Positions 28,681-38,070 of a stretch of 64,000 nt of DNA are shown in pieces. How positions within the stretch are numbered: the stretch's first letter is position 1; each line of letters opens with the position of its first letter. The translations under genes were made by a program, and so were the position numbers. Origin of the DNA: a virus; IMG/VR virus record IMGVR_UViG_3300028416_000501, positions 15,054 to 79,053 of that record. One strand, written 5' to 3'. The notes under the pieces were generated by a model. That model was given only the letters and a program-made list of their open reading frames with translations, ran no database searches and was not told where the DNA came from.

Positions 28681-29846
28681 TATTTAAAAGTTTCGTCGCC
28701 TGGAAATAGAGGCATTTTTGTTCCTGCTCTACGCTTAGGAATTTTACTATCAGCACTACTTACACATGCACCTGTTGTACATAATGCAGGACCATCAAAC
28801 AACTTAAATCCTGTTTCAATGTTGCCCAAAGGTTGATCCATACAACTGTAAGAACGCTTAACACTACCATCAGGTTCACGTATAATTATGCTACGGTATC
28901 CGCTACTACATTCCCATCCTTTAAACTTATTAAAGTCAAATGCGTTGAATCGTTCTGCTTGGTCCATGTACCACGGCTCGCCATCTTCATCTCTGAATTC
29001 TACTTGCATGTGCCAAGGAACTTTTGCAGTTTGCTTTCTATATTCATCTTCTTGATCAATTTTAAATGTAGGCTTAGGTCTTGTTACTAATTGTTTTTGT
29101 TTAGCCTTAGCTTCTGTATATCCACGTTGCGGCATTCCATTATGCAATTTAGCTCGCATCTCATCTGTATAACCGTCTACTACTCTACTTGCAGTTGGAT
29201 CACTTTGAGGCTTTAGTGTTACATTGATTCCTTGATTGTGAAAGAACAATGCGTTTTCATAATATTCATCAAATAATTCTGGAACCATAACCATATTAAT
29301 AGTTACCTGCACATCATGTTCTTGACATAGTATAAGTTTGTCTGCAAGATCTTGCATCTTCTCAACTGTGTCAACATGCTCAACATGTAAACTACATGTG
29401 ATACTAGCACGGTGAAAATGGCTTGCATAATCTACATAGGTTTTAAACCATTTCATATTACGACTACAGTTACTTGTCATGTGTACACTTGTATAGTTTG
29501 TGTTATGCACATCATCGCTTAGATGTTTCAGCATATCCAAGTACCCAGGATGAAACGTTGGTTCGCCTCCACTTAAACTAAAATGGAAACTGTTAAATCC
29601 ACGTTCACGTGCTTGACGTTTAATCTCATCAATAGTTTTTAAATTTAGCTCTGTAGGTCTATGGTCTTTTCTACTGCTTCTAGCATAAGGCCAACAGTAA
29701 CTACAGTTGTAGTTACAAAAGCGGCCTAGTAGCCAACTCACAGTGAACATGTCTCTGTACAACATATTGCGTTGTCCTACACGAACTAGTTTATCGTACG
29801 GTGTTTTAGTGAAGTCGTACTCGCTCCATTTTAAATCATTTGTCAT
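28680..29846 (-). CDS. radical SAM protein with C-terminal twitch/SPASM
   Basis: CNYNCSYC, SGGEPT, GWECSSG...SC...CTTGAC. Confidence 0.93.
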   Translation of the reverse strand: MTNDLKWSEYDFTKTPYDKLVRVGQRNMLYRDMFTVSWLLGRFCNYNCSYCWPYARSSRKDHRPTELNLKTIDEIKRQARERGFNSFHFSLSGGEPTFHPGYLDMLKHLSDDVHNTNYTSVHMTSNCSRNMKWFKTYVDYASHFHRASITCSLHVEHVDTVEKMQDLADKLILCQEHDVQVTINMVMVPELFDEYYENALFFHNQGINVTLKPQSDPTASRVVDGYTDEMRAKLHNGMPQRGYTEAKAKQKQLVTRPKPTFKIDQEDEYRKQTAKVPWHMQVEFRDEDGEPWYMDQAERFNAFDFNKFKGWECSSGYRSIIIREPDGSVKRSYSCMDQPLGNIETGFKLFDGPALCTTGACVSSADSKIPKRRAGTKMPLFPGDETFK

Positions 29847-30699
29847 TATTGTAATTCTTCGTTATATAGTTTACCCATGTATTTATACCTTGCTTAGTGC
29901 TGTACATTTTCTCGTCAGGCTTAATGTTTTTAAAATCTTCTAAATTAAAATAAAAGAATGTTGTTTTTGTTTCTAACCATTTCTCAATTAAACCTGCTAA
30001 TATGGAGTGTGTTTCATTTGTAAAATGTGCAGGCCTAACATCGTAAGATGGGAACAGATCTTTATCCCATCCTAATATTGTATTTTCAAATTTAACAAGA
30101 TCAAGCAATGAATGTACTTCTGGTCTTAGTATATTTTCATTTGTATTAGGATCATACCAATGAAATCCTTTTATAATCTTAGCGTCTGGTCTTAGTCTTG
30201 TAACCTTATCCAATATTAGTTTGGCAAATGTATTTTCTCTTTCTGTAAATCCATTATGCACATGAAGTTCATGCCAGTTTGCTATTTTTGAATACATATG
30301 ATGTTTGTACATTGAATTGTCATCTTTGAGTTTTGCATATTTATTAGCCTCATTATTTGCCATTTCTATACTAGTCGAATGAGCATTATCATCATTTGGC
30401 CCACGATTATCTTCTTCCCAATAATCATGCATAAAGGTTAATCTATTGTTTGAATTTGTTAATACAAAGATAACTTGCTCATACTGTTGATGATACTTTT
30501 CAAACTGCATAAAACTGTAATATAAATCAGTTCCACCAAGTCCATACGAATCCGCATCTAGTAGATCTATCCATGTTTTAAAAATACTATTATTAAATAA
30601 ATTAATTTGCCTCTGAGTTTCCATGATTGATTGGTGCGGTACTATGACTTTGCTTTCTGCAAAACTATCTCCAAATACACCTATTTTTTTACTGAACAT
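29836..30699 (-). CDS. SGNH/GDSL hydrolase-like protein
   Basis: IGVFGDSFA, SYGLGG, RPAHF. Confidence 0.65.
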   Translation of the reverse strand: MFSKKIGVFGDSFAESKVIVPHQSIMETQRQINLFNNSIFKTWIDLLDADSYGLGGTDLYYSFMQFEKYHQQYEQVIFVLTNSNNRLTFMHDYWEEDNRGPNDDNAHSTSIEMANNEANKYAKLKDDNSMYKHHMYSKIANWHELHVHNGFTERENTFAKLILDKVTRLRPDAKIIKGFHWYDPNTNENILRPEVHSLLDLVKFENTILGWDKDLFPSYDVRPAHFTNETHSILAGLIEKWLETKTTFFYFNLEDFKNIKPDEKMYSTKQGINTWVNYITKNYNNDK

Positions 30700-32000
30700 T
30701 ATTTTTTCTTATCCATATCTGTTATAGTTTCATTAAATTTAGTAAATGCCTCATATTTTTTATCATGCTTGTTATTATCAATACAAGACTGTAACCAACT
30801 AATTGCACCATTGATATGTGTTTCAAACATAAACCTTCGTTTAGTTTCACGTCTTTCGGGGGTCTTTAAGCTATCAAATACCCGTTTTAAGCCGTCTATT
30901 CCAGTTTGTAGTTGTTCAGGGCTTAGTACATTAGCATGCAAGAAATCAGGCCATTGTACGCGGCTTGTATGCCAATTTACCCCTAATTCATATACAATAG
31001 CTTCAGCTGTAGCACCTAATTCCATAGCATTCATGCCACTTATACAGGTAGTTCCTTTAATAACATCTAAGTTATCAAGCTCTCGTTTAACTAATTCAAT
31101 ATTGCTTTTTAATAAATCCCAATCAGATCCTCTACGAATCATATGATTAAGATCTTTGTGTCCATCAATACTAATAGTTAATTTAATACTTTTAAATTTT
31201 TTCCATAAGTCTATTACATTAGTTTTACCTAGTTTCATAATACTTAAATTTGTACTATATTTTAATGTAACATTTTCTGGATGTTTAACACTTTCCAATA
31301 CACGATAATGTATTGGATCCATTAATGGCTCACCGCCAGCAAATTCTAATTCATCAACATGTTCCATGAGTTCAACTAGGTGCCCAACAAATTTCTCATC
31401 TTTTTCATACAAGTTCATTACTCGAGACGTACGAAGGTTGTTACTATCTACAATCTGATCAATATATTTTTGATCTCCTGCACTATAAAATTTAGAAACA
31501 TTATCCCAATCTGTTACCCACTTTGAACTGTCTTTTGGCCAACACATTCTACATTTAAAATTACATACATTACTAAGTTTTAATTCTAGTAAAGGTATTT
31601 TAAATTCTACTTCTCTGTTAATTAAATAATGCTTTACATTTTCTCTGTAAATTTCTTTATCCATTAAATCAGTAAGTCTGTTTAAACGTAAACTAACGAT
31701 TTCATTATCTTCCATCTTCCAACAATTATTACATTGTGTTGGTTTTTCTCCAACAATAAGAGCATCACGTATTTCGTTCATGTATTCACTATGCCAGTAA
31801 TCTTTTAAATCAAAGTCTGTATTCTTTACATTAGGATTTCCATCTTCGGGTGGTTGTGCTCTACAACAAAGTTTTATCTCACCATGTGGCATTGTACTAA
31901 TATGTGAAAATGGTAATGGACAAAATGTATCCTTTGTTACAGGTAATCCTGCTAATTTAGATTCAGCTCTATCTTTAAATGTATTGTAATTATTCTTCAT
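30699..32000 (-). CDS. N-terminal twitch radical SAM protein
   Basis: FCPLPF..KLCC..CNNC; CNFKCRMC; AGGEP. Confidence 0.93.
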   Translation of the reverse strand: MKNNYNTFKDRAESKLAGLPVTKDTFCPLPFSHISTMPHGEIKLCCRAQPPEDGNPNVKNTDFDLKDYWHSEYMNEIRDALIVGEKPTQCNNCWKMEDNEIVSLRLNRLTDLMDKEIYRENVKHYLINREVEFKIPLLELKLSNVCNFKCRMCWPKDSSKWVTDWDNVSKFYSAGDQKYIDQIVDSNNLRTSRVMNLYEKDEKFVGHLVELMEHVDELEFAGGEPLMDPIHYRVLESVKHPENVTLKYSTNLSIMKLGKTNVIDLWKKFKSIKLTISIDGHKDLNHMIRRGSDWDLLKSNIELVKRELDNLDVIKGTTCISGMNAMELGATAEAIVYELGVNWHTSRVQWPDFLHANVLSPEQLQTGIDGLKRVFDSLKTPERRETKRRFMFETHINGAISWLQSCIDNNKHDKKYEAFTKFNETITDMDKKK

Positions 32001-32322
32001 CTTTGCCTATCCGTAATCTGTGTACGTGTTCTGGTAATGCCTTTGATAATTGTACATCTGCAGAACAAATACATCTGGGCTTATTACATATAATAGTTTC
32101 TTTAGGCATTTCAAATCCATCATAAATATTTCCCAACTTACCGCCTACTTTACATATAGCTCTATATACATCACCTGTATTGCTTATAGTAATATTTTGC
32201 ACGCCTGCCCAACATTCCCAACCACGGAAATCATTCTCATCGCGAGCCATAACACTATTTGCATTATCTTCTTCGCTTGTACCATCCTTGTAGTGTACAA
32301 TAATATTTTTAAAATTGCTCAT
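31990..32322 (-). CDS. stand-alone twitch/SPASM Fe-S domain protein
   Basis: GWECWAG...GDVYRAIC...LGNIY...ICNKPRCICSAD. Confidence 0.85.
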   Translation of the reverse strand: MSNFKNIIVHYKDGTSEEDNANSVMARDENDFRGWECWAGVQNITISNTGDVYRAICKVGGKLGNIYDGFEMPKETIICNKPRCICSADVQLSKALPEHVHRLRIGKDEE

Positions 32323-33544
32323 AAAATTCCTTAAATGTCTGATGGAATTTTTCTTTTCTTATTGAATCTAATTCAAAATTTTGTTGTGTAAAATTATTCC
32401 ATTCTTTTGGATCTGGTCGTCGACTATACATGTACTCCACTGCATTAGCAATCCATTTAGATTTAGTATCTCTATACTTTGTGCTGATAATATTTTTTAT
32501 ATGTTGAGGCATTATGTGTATAGCATGCTGGCCTACATTTACATAATGATTGGGCGGTATGTTAGTGTTTCCTTCTATAAAATCTGCAAATTCTAAATTA
32601 GAAAATTCTTTATAAATTTCTTCTAAATAGAATATATTAAATACGCTTATAGCAGGGTCTAAAGTAGAAAAATATTTCTCAACATTGTTTAATTTTTGAA
32701 ATTTAACTAGATTATTTCTTACTTCTTCCCAATTAGCTAATTTACGCTGGTAGTTAAATCTCTCATCAATATCATCTATACTTAATGCAAAGTTTACTTT
32801 CTTAAAATTATTATATAGGTCAAAGTTTTCTTCAGTAGGAAAGTATGTTCCGTTTGTATTGTATCCTATTGTTATTTTACTTGTATCTATGTTTGGATGA
32901 TCAACTAATGCCTGTATTAGTTGAAAATGCTCGGGAACCATAAAAGGTTCGCCTCCCATAAAATGTAAAAACTCTATCGATTCCATTTCATTAATGTCGT
33001 TCCAAATTTTAGGATCATCTATCCAATTACAAGATTGTGTATATTTAAATGCATTTGAATCTTTAAATTTTACTCCAGGCTGATCTAATTCTGCCGTGTC
33101 TTTTGTCCAACTACTACTACCATGCACACCGCATATTCTACATTTTAAGTTACATCTATTTCCTGGTTTTATTTCTAACCATTTTAATTTCATATCTGGA
33201 TATTTTCCAGTTTGCATAAATTCTTCAGTTGTGCCTCTGCTCCATGCACTCGTTGAGAATTTTGCTCTAATTTCTGGATCTTCCCAACATTGGTGACATG
33301 CAGGGTGCTTTTCGTTACGTTTAAAACTCTCCATAAATTCAAATCTTACTGGATCGTTGTATACTTCTTGTATTGTTTTATTACTAATATTTAAATCAAA
33401 AGGATCTCCCATGCAGCAAGGTCTTATTGATCCATTAGTTTCAACTGCCATATGCATAAATGGCAAAGCACAAAAGTTATTACCTGGTTTCTTCAGCCAT
33501 GTTTTTAAATTATCTGCCACTGTCAAATCCTTTGCTAGTTTCAT
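32309..33544 (-). CDS. N-terminal twitch radical SAM protein
   Basis: FCALPF..RPCC..CHQC; CNLKCRIC; MGGEP. Confidence 0.93.
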   Translation of the reverse strand: MKLAKDLTVADNLKTWLKKPGNNFCALPFMHMAVETNGSIRPCCMGDPFDLNISNKTIQEVYNDPVRFEFMESFKRNEKHPACHQCWEDPEIRAKFSTSAWSRGTTEEFMQTGKYPDMKLKWLEIKPGNRCNLKCRICGVHGSSSWTKDTAELDQPGVKFKDSNAFKYTQSCNWIDDPKIWNDINEMESIEFLHFMGGEPFMVPEHFQLIQALVDHPNIDTSKITIGYNTNGTYFPTEENFDLYNNFKKVNFALSIDDIDERFNYQRKLANWEEVRNNLVKFQKLNNVEKYFSTLDPAISVFNIFYLEEIYKEFSNLEFADFIEGNTNIPPNHYVNVGQHAIHIMPQHIKNIISTKYRDTKSKWIANAVEYMYSRRPDPKEWNNFTQQNFELDSIRKEKFHQTFKEFYEQF

Positions 33545-33866
33545 TATAACCTATACCTGGATGATCTTGATTTTTCTTTAGACATAATCGTAAACATGGT
33601 TCTGGCAAATCTAATGTTTCATGTCCCTTTAGTATTGCGTTGAATACATCTGATTCATATATTTCTGCCATTGTACTAGTTCTTATATTTAACTTTGACA
33701 TATCTAAATTATTTTCTTCAGCCCATGCTTCTAAATATTTCCAGTTGCAACGGGATCCATACAAATTGCAAGGCCTAACATTACCTGAGGATCCTAATTG
33801 AATAGGAAATTTCCCACTGTCATCCTTTCTGCATTTAGGGTCTATTAATGGGTTAATTTTATACAT
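33510..33866 (-). CDS. stand-alone twitch/SPASM Fe-S domain protein
   Basis: PKC...GNVRPC...PCLRLC; likely start 33866 overlapping upstream stop. Confidence 0.75.
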   Translation of the reverse strand: MYKINPLIDPKCRKDDSGKFPIQLGSSGNVRPCNLYGSRCNWKYLEAWAEENNLDMSKLNIRTSTMAEIYESDVFNAILKGHETLDLPEPCLRLCLKKNQDHPGIGYNETSKGFDSGR

Positions 33867-34482
33867 ATGGATTATTCTCCCCTGGTAGCATTCCATAATT
33901 ATCTTCACCACGCAAACTTACTACAGGATTAAATTTATCAAATCCCAAATCCATTGCCATTTTCCTAGCAGTATCAACTTGATGTTCGTTGTATTTAAAA
34001 ATTAAGAATTTCCATTCTAGTTTGGGTCTTCTTTCTTTTGGTATACTAGTCATCCATTTTACTCCAGTCATTATTTGTTTCCATTTTGAATTTATTCTGT
34101 ATATATGATTAGTATCTTCTAGACCATCTATACTAAAAGTAAACATAGAACCTTTCCAATCTTGCTCTGCAGCCGCTTGCCAAAACTTTTCTGGCTTTGC
34201 ACTGCCATTTGTATGGACTTCTAAGTATTTTCCTGCTTTAATAAAATAGTCACAAATTTCTAAAAAATCTGGGTGGTATATTGCATCACCGTAACAACCA
34301 ACTATCATATACTTGCGGAAGGCTGTAGTATCTGCTATCTTAAATAATAACTCTTTATCTAAGTGTCCTGCATCCCATATTTGCTTGCCTTCTGGGTCAT
34401 GCATTCTCGAACAAGCTGGACATTGTAACACACATTTACTAGTTATTTCGATTTCTAATTCATCTTTATGTTGATTAAGCAT
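33859..34482 (-). CDS. radical SAM core domain protein (no SPASM)
   Basis: EITSKCVLQCPAC, HTNGS, FSIDG, FKYNEHQ. Confidence 0.9.
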   Translation of the reverse strand: MLNQHKDELEIEITSKCVLQCPACSRMHDPEGKQIWDAGHLDKELLFKIADTTAFRKYMIVGCYGDAIYHPDFLEICDYFIKAGKYLEVHTNGSAKPEKFWQAAAEQDWKGSMFTFSIDGLEDTNHIYRINSKWKQIMTGVKWMTSIPKERRPKLEWKFLIFKYNEHQVDTARKMAMDLGFDKFNPVVSLRGEDNYGMLPGENNPYV

Positions 34483-35191
34483 TTTCTCTCAGCCAACTTT
34501 CTTCTTCTACACTATAGTATTGTCCTGCAAACTTTTCAGTTTCACTATGTGTGGGATGAATTCCTAACATGCCGTCGGCATATGGTTTATTCCAACCTGT
34601 ACGATCCATGTTAACACGTGGTCGAATTTTTCTTATAGTGTATTCAACACCACATTCTTTTAGTTCGTCTATGATTTCTTTCCACTGTACTAAGTGTCCT
34701 GGCAATGCCATAATATGAACATGCATACCTTTATATTCATCTTTAGCTCTATATTCTTGTATTTCTTTCCACATACCTGTGATGTTATTAATAACTTTCT
34801 CATGATATGCAAATTCAAAGTGATAACTTATAATAACATAATGTAAGTATGGCAATGCTTTTTTATATATCTTAGGCGGTGGACTTCCATTAGTTGTTAC
34901 ACTACATCTGTATACGCCATTTTCTTTGGCATATTTTAACATGTCAATAAACTGTGGATGTACAAACGGCTCTCCGCCTGTAAAACTAATTTTAATCTTT
35001 TTGCCATTTGATGCTTCTACTATTTTATCTATTGTATTTGTATACACTTCCCAACTCATATGTTCGCTAGTTTTATTGTGTAGTTCATTACCACAATAAC
35101 TACAGTTGTAATTGCAACGTTTGCCTAAGTTCCATTCAACTCTAAGCAGTTCGTCTTTTGGTGCGTGATTATCTTCTAAGGCTACTAGCAT
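34475..35191 (-). CDS. radical SAM core domain protein (no SPASM)
   Basis: CNYNCSYC, TGGEPFVHP, TTNGS. Confidence 0.92.
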   Translation of the reverse strand: MLVALEDNHAPKDELLRVEWNLGKRCNYNCSYCGNELHNKTSEHMSWEVYTNTIDKIVEASNGKKIKISFTGGEPFVHPQFIDMLKYAKENGVYRCSVTTNGSPPPKIYKKALPYLHYVIISYHFEFAYHEKVINNITGMWKEIQEYRAKDEYKGMHVHIMALPGHLVQWKEIIDELKECGVEYTIRKIRPRVNMDRTGWNKPYADGMLGIHPTHSETEKFAGQYYSVEEESWLRENA

Positions 35192-36363
35192 TAAAAATAT
35201 TCCTTTAGTTGAGGCACTGCGTTTAATACACTGTCTCCTCGCATTTTATCTAAGTCGTTTGTAAAGTTGATAAATGTTTCCCATAGCTCTGGGTTAAATG
35301 TTCTGGTCTTCATACTCTCTACTAGCTTGTCAAAATCATCAAATAGAGATAAGTTTTTAATTGCTTGATCTCGTAAATCATCTGGTAAGTTCATTGGACT
35401 TAAATATGCTGGTTTATTACAAATAGTGGTGAAACTACTGTTTGCACTTACTTTACTATATTTATCTTCCATTTCGTGAAGGAAAAAATGTAAGTCTGGT
35501 AAGTTAAAAACATTATAATTCTGTAGTGTTACATTAAACATAATCTGTACATTGTCTAATTCGTTATACATTGCTAATGTTTTCTCAAAATCTTCTAATT
35601 GATATTTGCCACCTCTGATGTATCTATATAGCTCTCCTGTGCCTTCTATACTAAAACATATACTAACACGTTTAAACTGTTTTAGCAAGTTTAATATTTT
35701 AGGATTAACTACTGTACCATTTGTTGTATAAAATAATTCTACATCAGTCATATCTTCTTCAATAAGCCATTGTAGGAATTGATTGTGATGTTTTGCCATC
35801 ATGGGCTCACCACCTTTAAAGTCTATGCGTTTTACATCTTTTAGATGCGGTAGCATATTGCGTAAATCTTCTAATCCATATTGTTGTAATGGAACTGGAT
35901 TACTATTTTTCTCATATCGTTTGTCTATTTTAGCAAGTGCTAGTTCTTCTTCAAACCAACTGTTACTTGCCCAACTTCCACACATACGACATTTTAAGTT
36001 ACACACATTTGATAAGTTAATGTCTGCTTGATAGAACTTAGGGTTAGGAACTTTATATGTGTCTGGTGTATTGCCATTTATAAAGTCTGCATCAGATTTC
36101 ATAAACTTCTTATTAAACCATAAGCGTCTACTTTGACCTACCAAATCTTCTCTTTCCCAACAACTATTACAAGCACTAGGTTGTATACCTTTTAAAAAAT
36201 CTTTACGTAATTCTCGCATACGCTCACTGTCAAAGTTTTCCATGATAGTATCATGTTCAGTGTTTGGCCTGCGTCCTTTGTTGCTGAACTGACAACAAGG
36301 TTTTATATCACCATTTGCACTTAGTGTAATTGCATGCCAGGGCATGTAACAAAATTTATTCAT
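35191..36363 (-). CDS. N-terminal twitch radical SAM protein
   Basis: FCYMPW..KPCC..CNSC; CNLKCRMC; KGGEP. Confidence 0.93.
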   Translation of the reverse strand: MNKFCYMPWHAITLSANGDIKPCCQFSNKGRRPNTEHDTIMENFDSERMRELRKDFLKGIQPSACNSCWEREDLVGQSRRLWFNKKFMKSDADFINGNTPDTYKVPNPKFYQADINLSNVCNLKCRMCGSWASNSWFEEELALAKIDKRYEKNSNPVPLQQYGLEDLRNMLPHLKDVKRIDFKGGEPMMAKHHNQFLQWLIEEDMTDVELFYTTNGTVVNPKILNLLKQFKRVSICFSIEGTGELYRYIRGGKYQLEDFEKTLAMYNELDNVQIMFNVTLQNYNVFNLPDLHFFLHEMEDKYSKVSANSSFTTICNKPAYLSPMNLPDDLRDQAIKNLSLFDDFDKLVESMKTRTFNPELWETFINFTNDLDKMRGDSVLNAVPQLKEYF

Positions 36364-36919
36364 TTGGCCAATCCGTTTGTATGGGGTCAATGCTAAGTTC
36401 ATTTACATTTAAATGATATGGCATATTAATTACATATTCAATCATATCAACTGCATCATTAAGTTGCATTACTGCTCTACCTGGATGCTTGTGTGCATTG
36501 TTCTCTAATGTGCCAAATGTAACATAACTTACTTTAGGTCCACCTGCCCAAATGCTTTTTAACCCTAATGCGTTGCTTGTGCTACGCAAAGCCTTCTTTT
36601 CTTGTTGATAATGCCAATCGCTACCTTTCGTAGCTCTGTCTGTTGTACTGCCTAACGACACTATATGCAGTCGTTTAAGGTTCTTTAAGGCGTTCTTATA
36701 GACTACATCTAGTAGCAAAGTTTGATGGTACTGCCATAATGCACTACAGTTAATAAAGACGTCATAATTAAGAGCCTTATTTGCTAACTTGTCTTTGTAC
36801 CCGTTTTGCGTTAAATCATAGTTCCAGTCAGTTCTACTAACAAATTGCGTATCTGGCCAGCGTTCTGCTATAGCACTTGCTACACCAAACTCTGGGTTTC
36901 CTGTACATAAAATCTTCAT
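36356..36919 (-). CDS. short-chain dehydrogenase/reductase
   Basis: ILCTGNPEFGVA Rossmann, FINCSA, SLGS, YQQEK (YxxxK). Confidence 0.8.
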   Translation of the reverse strand: MKILCTGNPEFGVASAIAERWPDTQFVSRTDWNYDLTQNGYKDKLANKALNYDVFINCSALWQYHQTLLLDVVYKNALKNLKRLHIVSLGSTTDRATKGSDWHYQQEKKALRSTSNALGLKSIWAGGPKVSYVTFGTLENNAHKHPGRAVMQLNDAVDMIEYVINMPYHLNVNELSIDPIQTDWPNE

Positions 36920-38070
36920 TTAATTCTCCATGGTAGATAACTTTGGTAATCTAATTTCTTAGCAGGTCCAAATATGTCTACAAATTTTTTAAAATTCTCT
37001 TCGTCTTCTTTTGATTTATTATTCATACTATGCACTAAATGGTCTATAATGTTATTAACATTTGTTATTTCACGATTTGTAAAATTGTAATCATCAAGCA
37101 TAAGCATATACTTTAGTTCTACTATTGCGTGTTCTATTATATCGTTGGGTGCAACATGTGTACTTAAATATGGTCTTGTTACAATTGTTGTAAAGTGAAA
37201 CCTTGCATCTGAATTAGAATTATTTTCAATAAAATACTTAATCATTTCAGGCAATTGGTGTACATTAAAACAATGCACTACTGCAAGATAAGTATGAGTT
37301 AAGTTAGTTTGTTCCTTCATTAGGTTATGTTGTTTTTCCCACCAAGACCAATCATGTGGGCTTCTTACTAAACTATATAATTCTTTTATTCCATCAATGC
37401 TTATACCAAAGTCCACGTGTTTAAATTGTTTTAATAATTTATAGTGTTCTTTGTTTGCACTTCCGTTAGTTGAGAACTTTATCTTTTTATCAGTGGATCC
37501 TTTTTTAATAAGAGTTTCTAATATAGTTGTACATTGCTTTGTAAAGAATGGCTCACCACCGTCTAAATTTATTTCATGTGCTGAATCTAATGCATCTATA
37601 TAATTTTCCCAATTGTCTAAATATATACCACTGAATGCTTTTTGTGATATTTCAGGATCTTTGTCTATGGAATATATCTCATGGTTACTGCCTAATTTTT
37701 TATATTCTTTTGCTATTATGCTACTTCTGGCAGGCCTACATATGTTACAATTTTTATTACATATGTTTCCAAAACTTAACCAAACTCTTTTTATATCTGT
37801 TTCAGTTAACATGCCATCTTTTCTATTTTGTTGTAAACGCTGACTGTCTTCACCTTTGTCTTCTTTAATCCAACAGTTATGGCAACCTTTATCTCTTTCG
37901 CCATTGAGCATTTTACGTTTTAGTTCTTTTAACCAATCACTGTCTAAATAATCTTGTACGCTTTCTAAACCTTTATCTCTTTTACCTCTATATGTACAAC
38001 AAGGGCCCAAGTCACCAACATTATCATAGTGAATTGTTTTCCATGGTTCGTTACAATAGGTACTAGACAT
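36916..38070 (-). CDS. N-terminal twitch radical SAM protein
   Basis: YCNEPW..GPCC..CHNC; CNKNCNIC; DGGEP. Confidence 0.92.
   Translation of the reverse strand: MSSTYCNEPWKTIHYDNVGDLGPCCTYRGKRDKGLESVQDYLDSDWLKELKRKMLNGERDKGCHNCWIKEDKGEDSQRLQQNRKDGMLTETDIKRVWLSFGNICNKNCNICRPARSSIIAKEYKKLGSNHEIYSIDKDPEISQKAFSGIYLDNWENYIDALDSAHEINLDGGEPFFTKQCTTILETLIKKGSTDKKIKFSTNGSANKEHYKLLKQFKHVDFGISIDGIKELYSLVRSPHDWSWWEKQHNLMKEQTNLTHTYLAVVHCFNVHQLPEMIKYFIENNSNSDARFHFTTIVTRPYLSTHVAPNDIIEHAIVELKYMLMLDDYNFTNREITNVNNIIDHLVHSMNNKSKEDEENFKKFVDIFGPAKKLDYQSYLPWRIK

Noticed and set aside
33859-33866. Programmed frameshift joining rSAM core and twitch
   Set aside because: The 8-nt ATGxxTAA overlap is the routine coupling pattern here (also 23188, 26028, 34475, 36356) and no slippery site is evident
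28680-35191. Naming rSAMs as MoaA, QueE, NrdG or viperin
   Set aside because: Only generic CX3CX2C/GGEP motifs; no partner genes (moaC, queCD, nrdD) in the window
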